A stretch of 64,000 nt of DNA from a virus, in the IMG/VR virus record IMGVR_UViG_3300035687_000001. One strand, written 5' to 3'. Position numbers and translations under genes: made by a program. The notes under the pieces were generated by a model. It was not told the origin of the DNA and ran no database searches. It was given only the letters and a program-made list of their open reading frames with translations. Below, in pieces: positions 55,637 to 62,916 of this stretch (position 1 is the first letter of the stretch; every line of letters starts with the position of its first letter).

Positions 55637-55673
55637 AGAAGAGCCGGGAGAGGGGGTCTCTCCCGGCTCTTCT
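55637..55673 (-). terminator. strong hairpin terminator after CDS 55677..56219
   Basis: Perfect 16-bp stem agaagagccgggagag/ctctcccggctcttct, 5-nt loop. Confidence 0.75.
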
Positions 55674-55676
55674 GGG

Positions 55677-56219
55677 TCAGGCCTTGCTCGCGCACTCGTC
55701 GCCGATGCCCGCCGCGCGGGTGTGCTCCCGGGTGAGGCGCTTGCCGCACTTCCAGCACGTGCGGGTCTCCTGGCCAAACCGCACCCCGGCGGCCTCCAGG
55801 TCGGTCGCAGCCAGCTTGCGCAGCACGCCCGCCGCCGCCTTCGCCGGAAGCTTGCGCTGCTCGTCGGAGGCGTAGACGTACACGGCGGTGTTGACGTCGT
55901 TCTTGACCGCGACACGGTAGAAAGCCAGCGCGCCCTCGTTGTTGTCGATCGCGTAGCGGCCCGCCGGGATGAACGGCACCGGCTCGTTCGCCTTGACGTG
56001 AGCCGCGCGGCGGGCGGAGCGCTTGAGGTCGATCAGGGTCTGGATCTCGTGGCTGGCCCGGCTCATGGTCAGCGAGCCACCCTTGCTCAGGTGCGCCAGG
56101 TGCGTCCACGTCTCGCGGGCGGCCTCGACGTTGAACTCGGCGTACTCGGCGCAGAGCGTCTTCAGAGTCTCAACCTGAGCCGGAGTCGCGGTGCGGGTCT
56201 CGTGGCTGGTGCTGTTCAT
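55677..56219 (-). CDS. hypothetical protein with C-terminal CxxC GIG zinc-ribbon (DUF6011-like)
   Basis: ATG 56219 5 nt after GGAGG of cassette P29; C-terminus TCWKCGKRLTREHTRAAGIGDEC. Confidence 0.7.
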   Translation of the reverse strand: MNSTSHETRTATPAQVETLKTLCAEYAEFNVEAARETWTHLAHLSKGGSLTMSRASHEIQTLIDLKRSARRAAHVKANEPVPFIPAGRYAIDNNEGALAFYRVAVKNDVNTAVYVYASDEQRKLPAKAAAGVLRKLAATDLEAAGVRFGQETRTCWKCGKRLTREHTRAAGIGDECASKA

Positions 56220-56224
56220 CTCTG

Positions 56225-56287
56225 CCTCCGGTGCGGCGCTTCGTGCTGTCGAGATGAACACTACCCGTTCGGGTAGGGTGACGTCAA
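56225..56287 (-). promoter_or_regulatory. promoter/operator/leader cassette P29
   Basis: Box 56225-56236; core 56261-56276; TTGACG(56282-56287)-18-TAGTGT(56258-56263). Confidence 0.6.
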
Positions 56288-56715
56288 CCCTCGTCCTCGG
56301 CCTCGATGATGATGATCGCGTTCGGCAGCGGCAGGAGGGCGCGGTCGATCTCCTTGATCAGGAAGCCGTCCGGCTCGATGCCCTGCTCGCGGCACACGCG
56401 GTTCTGCACGACGTCCACCCAGACCCAGAAGGAAGCCCAGTCGACGCGCTGGCGGCCGAAGGCGACCCGGGGAAGCTGGAGTCCCGCCAGCCACGGATGC
56501 TGCCGGTGCAGCTCCTCGCGGAGGCACTCGACCACCGGCGGCGGGTAGAAGGTCAGCGCGGGCAGCCCGATGCCCGAGATCCGCCACATCAGCGGCAGCA
56601 GGCCCTGGTTCTCGGGGATGTCCAGGCGGGCGCGCACGTGCAGGCTGAGCAGGTCGACGAAGTGGAACCTCTCCGGGACATCGAAGAGGCTCACTCCGCC
56701 GCCGGGCTCGCTCAT
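56284..56715 (-). CDS. hypothetical protein (143 aa)
   Basis: ATG 56715 (MSEPGGGVSLFDVPERF) in ATGA overlap. Confidence 0.7.
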   Translation of the reverse strand: MSEPGGGVSLFDVPERFHFVDLLSLHVRARLDIPENQGLLPLMWRISGIGLPALTFYPPPVVECLREELHRQHPWLAGLQLPRVAFGRQRVDWASFWVWVDVVQNRVCREQGIEPDGFLIKEIDRALLPLPNAIIIIEAEDEG

Positions 56716-57080
56716 GACGCTGGCGGAGTCGCGAGATCTTCGAGGTCGATGCCCGGCGGCGGCGCGAAGCCGTTGCCGACCTCGGCGATCTTCTGCCGGA
56801 AGTTGCCCAGCAGGTCCTTGACCATCTCGCGCGCGTAGGCCTCGTCCACGCCAGCCGAGATGAACACCGTGTTGGCGAACCGCTGGAGACCGTTGTTGAT
56901 CGGGACCTCGGCGTAGAGCACCAGCGAGCTGACCATCCGCTGCTTCTCCGTCGGGTGCGGGAGGGTGCACAGGCCCAGCTCCCAGCGGACGTCGAGGCCT
57001 TGGCCGTGCTCGGCGAAGGCCTCCTCGAACCACGGCTCGACGGTCGCGAACAGCCGCTGGGGGCCGGGCGTGGCGGTCAT
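56712..57080 (-). CDS. hypothetical protein (122 aa)
   Basis: ATG 57080 (MTATPGPQRLFATVEPW) in ATGA overlap. Confidence 0.7.
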   Translation of the reverse strand: MTATPGPQRLFATVEPWFEEAFAEHGQGLDVRWELGLCTLPHPTEKQRMVSSLVLYAEVPINNGLQRFANTVFISAGVDEAYAREMVKDLLGNFRQKIAEVGNGFAPPPGIDLEDLATPPAS

Positions 57081-57430
57081 TCGCCCTCCTCGGGAATCAG
57101 GTCGAGCAGCTTGAACATGTCGTCGAAGGACAGCCGGACGTACCCGCGCCCGTCCTTCGTCGGCGCCACCTTCTCCGGCGTGACGCCGAACTCCTTCAGC
57201 TCCTGCGTGAGCTGGAGGGTCTCCAGGAACATCTCGCGGTTGCGCTCGGTGTTCGGGATGCTGTTCTGCTCGAAGTCGTAGAGCATCTTCTGGTAGACGT
57301 CCGGGGGCATGTCCTCCGGGAACTTCAGGTCCAGGAAGTCGGTCTCGGCAATCAGCCGGGTCACTTTGCGCTCGAACTGCCAGTCCCGGGCTGCGGGGTC
57401 GTAGCGAGCGCTCACCTTCGAATACGGCAT
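57077..57430 (-). CDS. hypothetical protein (117 aa)
   Basis: Track ORF; orphan box cctccagtgcgg 57441-57452 upstream without palindrome. Confidence 0.75.
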   Translation of the reverse strand: MPYSKVSARYDPAARDWQFERKVTRLIAETDFLDLKFPEDMPPDVYQKMLYDFEQNSIPNTERNREMFLETLQLTQELKEFGVTPEKVAPTKDGRGYVRLSFDDMFKLLDLIPEEGE

Positions 57431-57506
57431 TTCCCTCGCTCCTCCAGTGCGGATCGGTTGGCCTTATGGTCTCACACCGTTGGCCGCACGCCAGCATCTG
57501 TGATGA

Positions 57507-59666
57507 TCACCGGGCTGGAGCCGGGCTGTTGCTCCAGTCTGCCGGAGCGGCGAGGGAACCGGGGTCCTCCGTGGCCCGGCGGTGACAGTCGAAGAGCTTT
57601 TGCATCAGGCCTTTCTGATCCAGGGCCTTCTCGATGACGTTGCGCGGATCCCACCAGCCCTCGCCGTTCGGGCCGAAGGCGTCGGAGCGGTTGGCGTGCA
57701 CGAACTCCCAGAAGGCGGCGCCGTTCTGGGTCCGGTAGGGCTCCGGCATGGCCAGGATGCCCTCGGCCGCCTCGACCATGCCCTTGACCTCCTCGGCGAT
57801 CCCCGGGCCCTCGGGGAAGCTTTTGAGCGACCAGTCCGGCAGGTGCGGCGGCTTCACGAGCCACTGGTCGGTCACCACGTCGTAGGCCGCGTACGGCCGG
57901 ATCTCGGCGATGTCCCAGCCCTGGAGGTTGGCGAACCAGGTCTGGTCGTAGGTGCCCTCGACGCCCGGGAAGACGTGCTGCGGGTCGTTCAGCTCGGCGT
58001 GCATCTCCCGGGTGAAGCGCGCGGCGATGTCGGCGTCGGAGGCCCAGACGTCCGCGTGGTTGTGCAGCCGGTAGCTGAAGTAGTGGATACCGATCGAGAG
58101 GTCGAAGTCGCTGTTGCCGTGCAGGTCCGGCGCCGTCCACTCGCTGGCCTCGGAGCCGAAAAAGACGATCTTCGCCCAGTGCGGCCAGCCCGCGTAGCCG
58201 TGCCGCTCGCAGAACTCGGTGAACTGCCGGACCACCGAGCTGCGCACGGCCAGCTTGAGCTGCTCGCCGTCCCAGAGCCGGGTGTCCAGGCCGTAGGTCG
58301 GGCCGAACAGCCGCTCTGTGGGCGCCACGTAGCGGCCGCTGCGCCGGGCGCCCTGCTCGTAGGCCTCGTCGTGGTTGCCCGCGCTGAGCACGTGCAGCTC
58401 GTCGCCGTCGTACCGGTGCACCACGCGGTTCAGGAAGTTCAGGTTGGTGGCCTGCCAGCCCTTCAGCGCGCCGTTGAGCGCGTGCGTGGACGGGTGCGGC
58501 TCGCCGCGCCGGAGGCCGTCCACGCGCTCGTGGTAGGCCGTCTGGACGTTCCTCGGCAGCTTGGCCAGGTCCCGGGAGACCTTCGGGTGTTCGGTCAGCG
58601 GCCGGAGTGCTCCTCGTGCGCCCTCTCCGTCGGAGTCCCCGCCGGAGTCCGGTGCCAGTGCTCGCGCGGAGTTGCCTTCCGACGGCGCAGCTCCGCGCGC
58701 CACGTCGGGTGCCACGTGCCGTGGCTTTCCCTTCCCTGCGATTCGGCCATCGTGTTCCTCCATCAGGTCCGAGACGCTCTTGTCGGAGTACTCACCATCG
58801 TGGCTGATTGAGCCGTCAGCGTGCTCCCAGCCGTTCTGCGGGTCGAACTCCACTGGCAATCCGCAGGGGCAGCGGAGCTGCTCCTGGGCCCCGCGCCGAG
58901 GCATCCTGGTCAGCTCGTGCTCGGGGACCTCGCGCAGCACCCGGAAGCCGTGCGGGCTCCGCACGTCGGCGTCGTAGCCCGGGTCCGGCTCCAGCGCGTG
59001 CGCCGGGCCGGAGTGCTCGACCTGGTAGACCCGGGGGCGGCCGCCGGTGTCGATGCCGGACATCTCGGCGTAGCTGCGTGCCATCTGCGGGTCGTGCGTC
59101 GCGTAGGCACGGTCGGTCCGCGTCAGGCCGGTGGACACTTCCCCCTGGCCGTGTCGGTCGGCGGGCACCACGTTGTCCAGGTCGCGCGAGGTTCCGTGGT
59201 AGAGCGGCCGGGCCGCCGCTCTCTTAAAACCCAGGCGCCGCCGGTTGGTGCGATCCTGCACTGAGGTGCCGTTCCGGTAGGTCATCCGGTCCGCGAGGAT
59301 CCGGTGGTGGCCACCGCCGATCCAATGCTCGCCGTTGTGCTCCCAGGTGCTCGGCTCGCCGGGGCGCGGGCCGATGCCCCCGCCGCCGGTGTAGGGGTGG
59401 CGGATGTAGTGCTCCAGCCCGCTCTTGTAGAGAGTGTCCTGAGACGTGTGCAGCGGGACGTTGGCCGGGTGGTGCACCGAGCCAGCCTCCGAGGGATGGA
59501 CCATGTGGTCGTCGTCGACATCACCGGCCTCCCACGGATCTTCGTCGTGGTGGTGGATGCCGTGCTCGCGCATCAGGTGGGCGGCGTCGGAGCCGGAAAT
59601 GATCTCGTCGTACCCGTGCAGCTGATGCAAGGCGTGGCGCTGCACATGGTCCAGATCATCTTCCAC
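57507..59666 (-). CDS. polyvalent protein: ParB-like + Arr-type ADP-ribosyltransferase + Zn ribbon + RelE/ParE-like + nucleotidyltransferase domains
   Basis: Track ORF (719 aa), GTG after GAGGAGG; WIGGGHHRILA; LYHGTS..YATHD..ARSYAE..GRPRVYQVEHSGP..EPDP..FRVLREV; CPCG; KLPRNVQ..LNGALKGWQATNL..RVVHRY..HVLSAGNHDEAY; VFFGSEAS..SDFDLSIG. Confidence 0.8.
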   Translation of the reverse strand: MEDDLDHVQRHALHQLHGYDEIISGSDAAHLMREHGIHHHDEDPWEAGDVDDDHMVHPSEAGSVHHPANVPLHTSQDTLYKSGLEHYIRHPYTGGGGIGPRPGEPSTWEHNGEHWIGGGHHRILADRMTYRNGTSVQDRTNRRRLGFKRAAARPLYHGTSRDLDNVVPADRHGQGEVSTGLTRTDRAYATHDPQMARSYAEMSGIDTGGRPRVYQVEHSGPAHALEPDPGYDADVRSPHGFRVLREVPEHELTRMPRRGAQEQLRCPCGLPVEFDPQNGWEHADGSISHDGEYSDKSVSDLMEEHDGRIAGKGKPRHVAPDVARGAAPSEGNSARALAPDSGGDSDGEGARGALRPLTEHPKVSRDLAKLPRNVQTAYHERVDGLRRGEPHPSTHALNGALKGWQATNLNFLNRVVHRYDGDELHVLSAGNHDEAYEQGARRSGRYVAPTERLFGPTYGLDTRLWDGEQLKLAVRSSVVRQFTEFCERHGYAGWPHWAKIVFFGSEASEWTAPDLHGNSDFDLSIGIHYFSYRLHNHADVWASDADIAARFTREMHAELNDPQHVFPGVEGTYDQTWFANLQGWDIAEIRPYAAYDVVTDQWLVKPPHLPDWSLKSFPEGPGIAEEVKGMVEAAEGILAMPEPYRTQNGAAFWEFVHANRSDAFGPNGEGWWDPRNVIEKALDQKGLMQKLFDCHRRATEDPGSLAAPADWSNSPAPAR

Positions 59667-59698
59667 GGATCCTCCTCGGGTTCGCTCGTTGGGCGCGA

Positions 59699-60307
59699 TC
59701 AGTGGCGGCTGAACAGCCAGATCAGCAGCACGGTGGCGCCCAGGGTGACCACGTTGGCGATCAGGCGGCGGCGGCGCTCGCGCTTCTCCTCGTCGGAGAC
59801 GAACACGTCGAAGCGGATGTCGGTCAGCTTGTCGTAGCGCGGCGCCGGGGCGTGGTTCAGCGCGTGCCGGTAGGCCACTACGAGGAAGGGCAGCGCGACC
59901 CAGATCCAGGGAATGACGTCCGGCGCCAGGCCGAGCAGCACCAGCGAGAGGAAGGCGAACATGCCGACCGCGTAGTGCACGCGGCGAATGGCGTCGTGGC
60001 GGCTCTCAGCGCGCACAGCGGCCCCGGCAAGGCGCTCGTTCTCCCGGCGGACCAGGTCGATGTCCGGCATGCCGTAGAGCCGCTCGTCACGGGTGTCGCG
60101 GTACCAGTAGACGCCGTCGCTGACGTCGATCTGCACCAGGTACTTGCGCGCGTCGGACTCTCGCTGCGGGTAGCTCAGGGCCCAGACGTCCCAGGCCGGG
60201 CCGATCTGGTCCTCGTAGGTGACGTCGAACTCGACGTCCTCGGCCGGGGGCTGCTCGCGGTAGTCGCGGCGGACCTCTTCCCAGCTCAGGGGCTCGAAAT
60301 CGGTCAT
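59699..60307 (-). CDS. membrane protein (202 aa, three C-terminal TM helices)
   Basis: Track ORF; first gene after cassette P30. Confidence 0.75.
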   Translation of the reverse strand: MTDFEPLSWEEVRRDYREQPPAEDVEFDVTYEDQIGPAWDVWALSYPQRESDARKYLVQIDVSDGVYWYRDTRDERLYGMPDIDLVRRENERLAGAAVRAESRHDAIRRVHYAVGMFAFLSLVLLGLAPDVIPWIWVALPFLVVAYRHALNHAPAPRYDKLTDIRFDVFVSDEEKRERRRRLIANVVTLGATVLLIWLFSRH

Positions 60308-60312
60308 GGCAG

Positions 60313-60369
60313 CCTCCAGGTGGTGGGCGGGTCACCACTCATACTACCCGAATGGGTAGGGTAGGTCAA
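60313..60369 (-). promoter_or_regulatory. promoter/operator/leader cassette P30
   Basis: Variant box cctccaggtggt 60313-60324; core 60344-60359; TTGACC(60364-60369)-17-TAGTAT(60341-60346). Confidence 0.6.
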
Positions 60370-60680
60370 CGAGGCATCTGGACACCGGCGCGCTGGTGCG
60401 TCCGCTCGAAGGCCGAGCGGCTCATCCCGAGCTTGACGATGATCTCCATCCGCTTCAGGCCCTGCTCGGCCAGGAAGGTGGTCTCCTCGATGACCTCGGC
60501 CGCGCGGCGGTAGACCGTCGGATAGTCGTCGAGCACGCCGTGCCCCCTGGCCCAGGCGAAGCAGCGGCGGCAGAGGTGCCGGGACTTGTGCACGACGAAG
60601 CCCGGGGGCGGCTGAGTTTCCACCGTCCCCGGGACCATCGGCCAGTCGCACCTCTTGCAAGGCGGCAGGCTGGATTTCAC
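60366..60680 (-). CDS. DNA-binding protein (N-terminal CxxC..CxxC zinc ribbon + C-terminal HTH)
   Basis: Track ORF; CKRCDW..CRRCFAW then EIIVKLGMSRSAFERTHQRAG. Confidence 0.65.
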   Translation of the reverse strand: MKSSLPPCKRCDWPMVPGTVETQPPPGFVVHKSRHLCRRCFAWARGHGVLDDYPTVYRRAAEVIEETTFLAEQGLKRMEIIVKLGMSRSAFERTHQRAGVQMPR

Positions 60681-60880
60681 TCGCTCGGCACCTCGTTCTG
60701 GACCGCGTAGCGCTCGTCGAGCGCTTCCGCCACGAGGTCGAGCAACATGGCCCGCTCCGCCGCCCGGCGCGAGCGACGCTGGAGCGTCCTTGCGGCGGTG
60801 GGGGCGGACGAGATGCAGACGATCTTGTGGTGGGTGTGATGACGAGCAGCGCGGTCCCGGTGAACGGCAGTGGCTTCCAT
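60677..60880 (-). CDS. hypothetical protein (67 aa)
   Basis: ATG 60880 7 nt after GGAGG of cassette P31; track ORF 60677..61174 trimmed. Confidence 0.6.
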   Translation of the reverse strand: MEATAVHRDRAARHHTHHKIVCISSAPTAARTLQRRSRRAAERAMLLDLVAEALDERYAVQNEVPSE

Positions 60881-60887
60881 GACTTTG

Positions 60888-60949
60888 CCTCCAGTGCGGC
60901 GGTGTTCCTTGACCTCTCCAACACTACCCAACCGGGTAGTGCGTGTCAA
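60888..60949 (-). promoter_or_regulatory. promoter/operator/leader cassette P31
   Basis: Box 60888-60899; core 60924-60939; TTGACA(60944-60949)-17-TAGTGT(60921-60926); -35 overlaps terminase stop. Confidence 0.6.
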
Positions 60950-62916
60950 CGCCTCCGGCGGTGCGGGTTGCGCGCGGGGTTCAGGCCTCCGGCGCGCACC
61001 CGCGACCGGCCGCCGGGGATCAGCTGGTCGAAGACCTGCCGGTCGGCCTCCTGGCGCTGGTACGGGTTGAAGCCGCCCTGCTGGCCGGTCACGATGTTCA
61101 TCTCGCGCAGCATGCCCGCCTGCCAGTTCCGGACCTGCTCGCCGAGGATGGTCCAGACCACTTCCATCATGCACCTGGCCACGTCGTCATGGACAACGGG
61201 CCCGGTGTCCTGGTGCACGACGCGGTTGGTGGTCGCGGTGGTCTTCAGCTGGAGGAACTTCAGCTCCAGCTCGGCGGTCTCGTACCAGGGCGCCTCGACC
61301 CAGCCCTGGTTGATCGCGACCTTGAAGCACTCGGCCACCTGCCAGTTGTGCTTGGCGTCGGACTTCTGCTCGAAGATCGTCATGCGCTTCGGCGCGCGGT
61401 TCTGCCGGACCTTGCGGTTGAGCCGCTGGATCGGCATGGCCGAGTTGTGCTGGTCGAAGGTGAACTCGTCGATCTTGAAGCCCCAGATGATCTCCCACAG
61501 CTCGACGTCCACGACCTGGATGTAGTCGATCGTGTGGTCGGGGAACTCGGCCGGATCCCAGTGGTGGAGCAGATCGAAGCGGCAACGGAGGAAGCCGTCC
61601 TCGTGCTCCTCGGCGTGGCCGACCGCGAGGCCGAAGTTGTCGTTGACCTTCGATGGGTCCGCGTGTCCTTTGTAGAACGTCGTGAGGTTCTTGGCCGTGC
61701 GGGTCATCGCGAGATCGCTCTGGAAGATCGCCTCGACCTTCTTCGGGTCCAGGTAGGCGTCCACGACCGACTGCCAGTGCGAGCGCCGCTCGACGGCGAA
61801 GGTGTCGGGGTTGGCCCGCTCCAGCTTCTCCATCCGCTCGTCGTACTCCTGGATGGCGCCCTTGAGCCGCTGGAAATTCGGGTGCGGGCGCTCCAGGTAC
61901 TCCCCGAGGTCGCCGGTGAACTCCGCCGGGAAGACGGGCAGCATGTGCGCGTCTTTCCAGTCGTAGTAGATCTCCCAGCTGGCCAACTGGAGCATCATCA
62001 TCTCGGGGTACTCGGGGTTGCCCTCCTCGTCGAAGGCCAGCGTCATCTCCCAGTTCGCGTAGAACTGGCCGATCTGCTGCCAGGGGCTCGACGGATCGAT
62101 GATGAAGCCGTCCATCTTGAACTGGTCGAGCGACGGCGTCGCGCTGCCGTAGACCTCTTCCGCCGACCGCCCTGCGCCCGAGGGCACCACGTGCGCCATC
62201 TCGTCGAAGCCGAGCCCGAAGGATGCCGGGCCACGCGCGGACATCAGCGTGGCCTCCTTCGGCTGGATCGTGAAGGTCGCCATGTCCCGCGCGGTGTTGA
62301 TCCCGCGCTGGTTCTGCCGCCGCAGCCGGACGAAGTCGTGCGGGGCGTAGATGGTCAGGTTCTCGCCGAGCGACCGGGAGATGTACTTGGCGAAGCACGG
62401 GGCGCCCTGGATGACGTTGACGACGTCCTTCCAGAGGTTCTCCCGGGCCTGCTGCTTCTTCCCGGCGTAGATGAACATCGCCAGCTGCTTGTCGCGGTCG
62501 ATCCCGTAGTACTCCTGGGGATCGCCCTTGGCCATGAAGCGCCAGAGCACGTAGGCCATGGCCAGCGCCGAGACGTAGCCCTTCCCGGCGCGGCGGCCGA
62601 GGACCAGCAGGACCTCGCGGAAGTAGAAGTAGCCCTTGAGCCGGAGCGAGGCCATCCGCTGGCGGATCTTCGGCACGATGCCGTTGTTCCCGTGGCGATC
62701 GAAGGAGTCCTCCCACTCGTCGATGACCATGTGGTCGTACTCGGTGAGGAGGTCGTTGCGCAGGAAGATGACCTTGAGCAAGGTCGCCTGACGCGGGTAG
62801 AGTTGCCCCCGGCCACACCAGCGCGGGCTGATCGCGAAGGTGATGGGGTCAGGAACCGGCAGCCCCGTGAACGCTGCGAAGTCCACGGGGCTGAAGGCCG
62901 GAGGCGAGAGGGTCAT
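60946..62916 (-). CDS. terL: terminase large subunit
   Basis: ATG 62916 in ATGA overlap with 62913..63500; Walker A-like LGRRAGKGY, Walker B GFDEMAH, C-terminal nuclease-type region; first 113 codons of track ORF 60946..63255 are R/G-rich shadow. Confidence 0.9.
   Translation of the reverse strand: MTLSPPAFSPVDFAAFTGLPVPDPITFAISPRWCGRGQLYPRQATLLKVIFLRNDLLTEYDHMVIDEWEDSFDRHGNNGIVPKIRQRMASLRLKGYFYFREVLLVLGRRAGKGYVSALAMAYVLWRFMAKGDPQEYYGIDRDKQLAMFIYAGKKQQARENLWKDVVNVIQGAPCFAKYISRSLGENLTIYAPHDFVRLRRQNQRGINTARDMATFTIQPKEATLMSARGPASFGLGFDEMAHVVPSGAGRSAEEVYGSATPSLDQFKMDGFIIDPSSPWQQIGQFYANWEMTLAFDEEGNPEYPEMMMLQLASWEIYYDWKDAHMLPVFPAEFTGDLGEYLERPHPNFQRLKGAIQEYDERMEKLERANPDTFAVERRSHWQSVVDAYLDPKKVEAIFQSDLAMTRTAKNLTTFYKGHADPSKVNDNFGLAVGHAEEHEDGFLRCRFDLLHHWDPAEFPDHTIDYIQVVDVELWEIIWGFKIDEFTFDQHNSAMPIQRLNRKVRQNRAPKRMTIFEQKSDAKHNWQVAECFKVAINQGWVEAPWYETAELELKFLQLKTTATTNRVVHQDTGPVVHDDVARCMMEVVWTILGEQVRNWQAGMLREMNIVTGQQGGFNPYQRQEADRQVFDQLIPGGRSRVRAGGLNPARNPHRRRR

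Noticed and set aside
1707-60949. The repeated palindromic cassettes as a CRISPR array, or as MITE/transposon terminal repeats
   Set aside because: Spacing is irregular (0.3-5 kb) and every interval holds genes. The copies are asymmetric beyond the core and always oriented with the downstream CDS. They contain promoter-like hexamers and an SD box. There are no target-site duplications and no transposase.
60946-62916. bldA-dependent TTA codon control of the terminase, as reported for some R4-like Streptomyces phages
   Set aside because: Scanning the terL region by eye, I saw no in-frame TTA (plus-strand taa) codon. The taa triplets elsewhere were stops, out of frame or non-coding.
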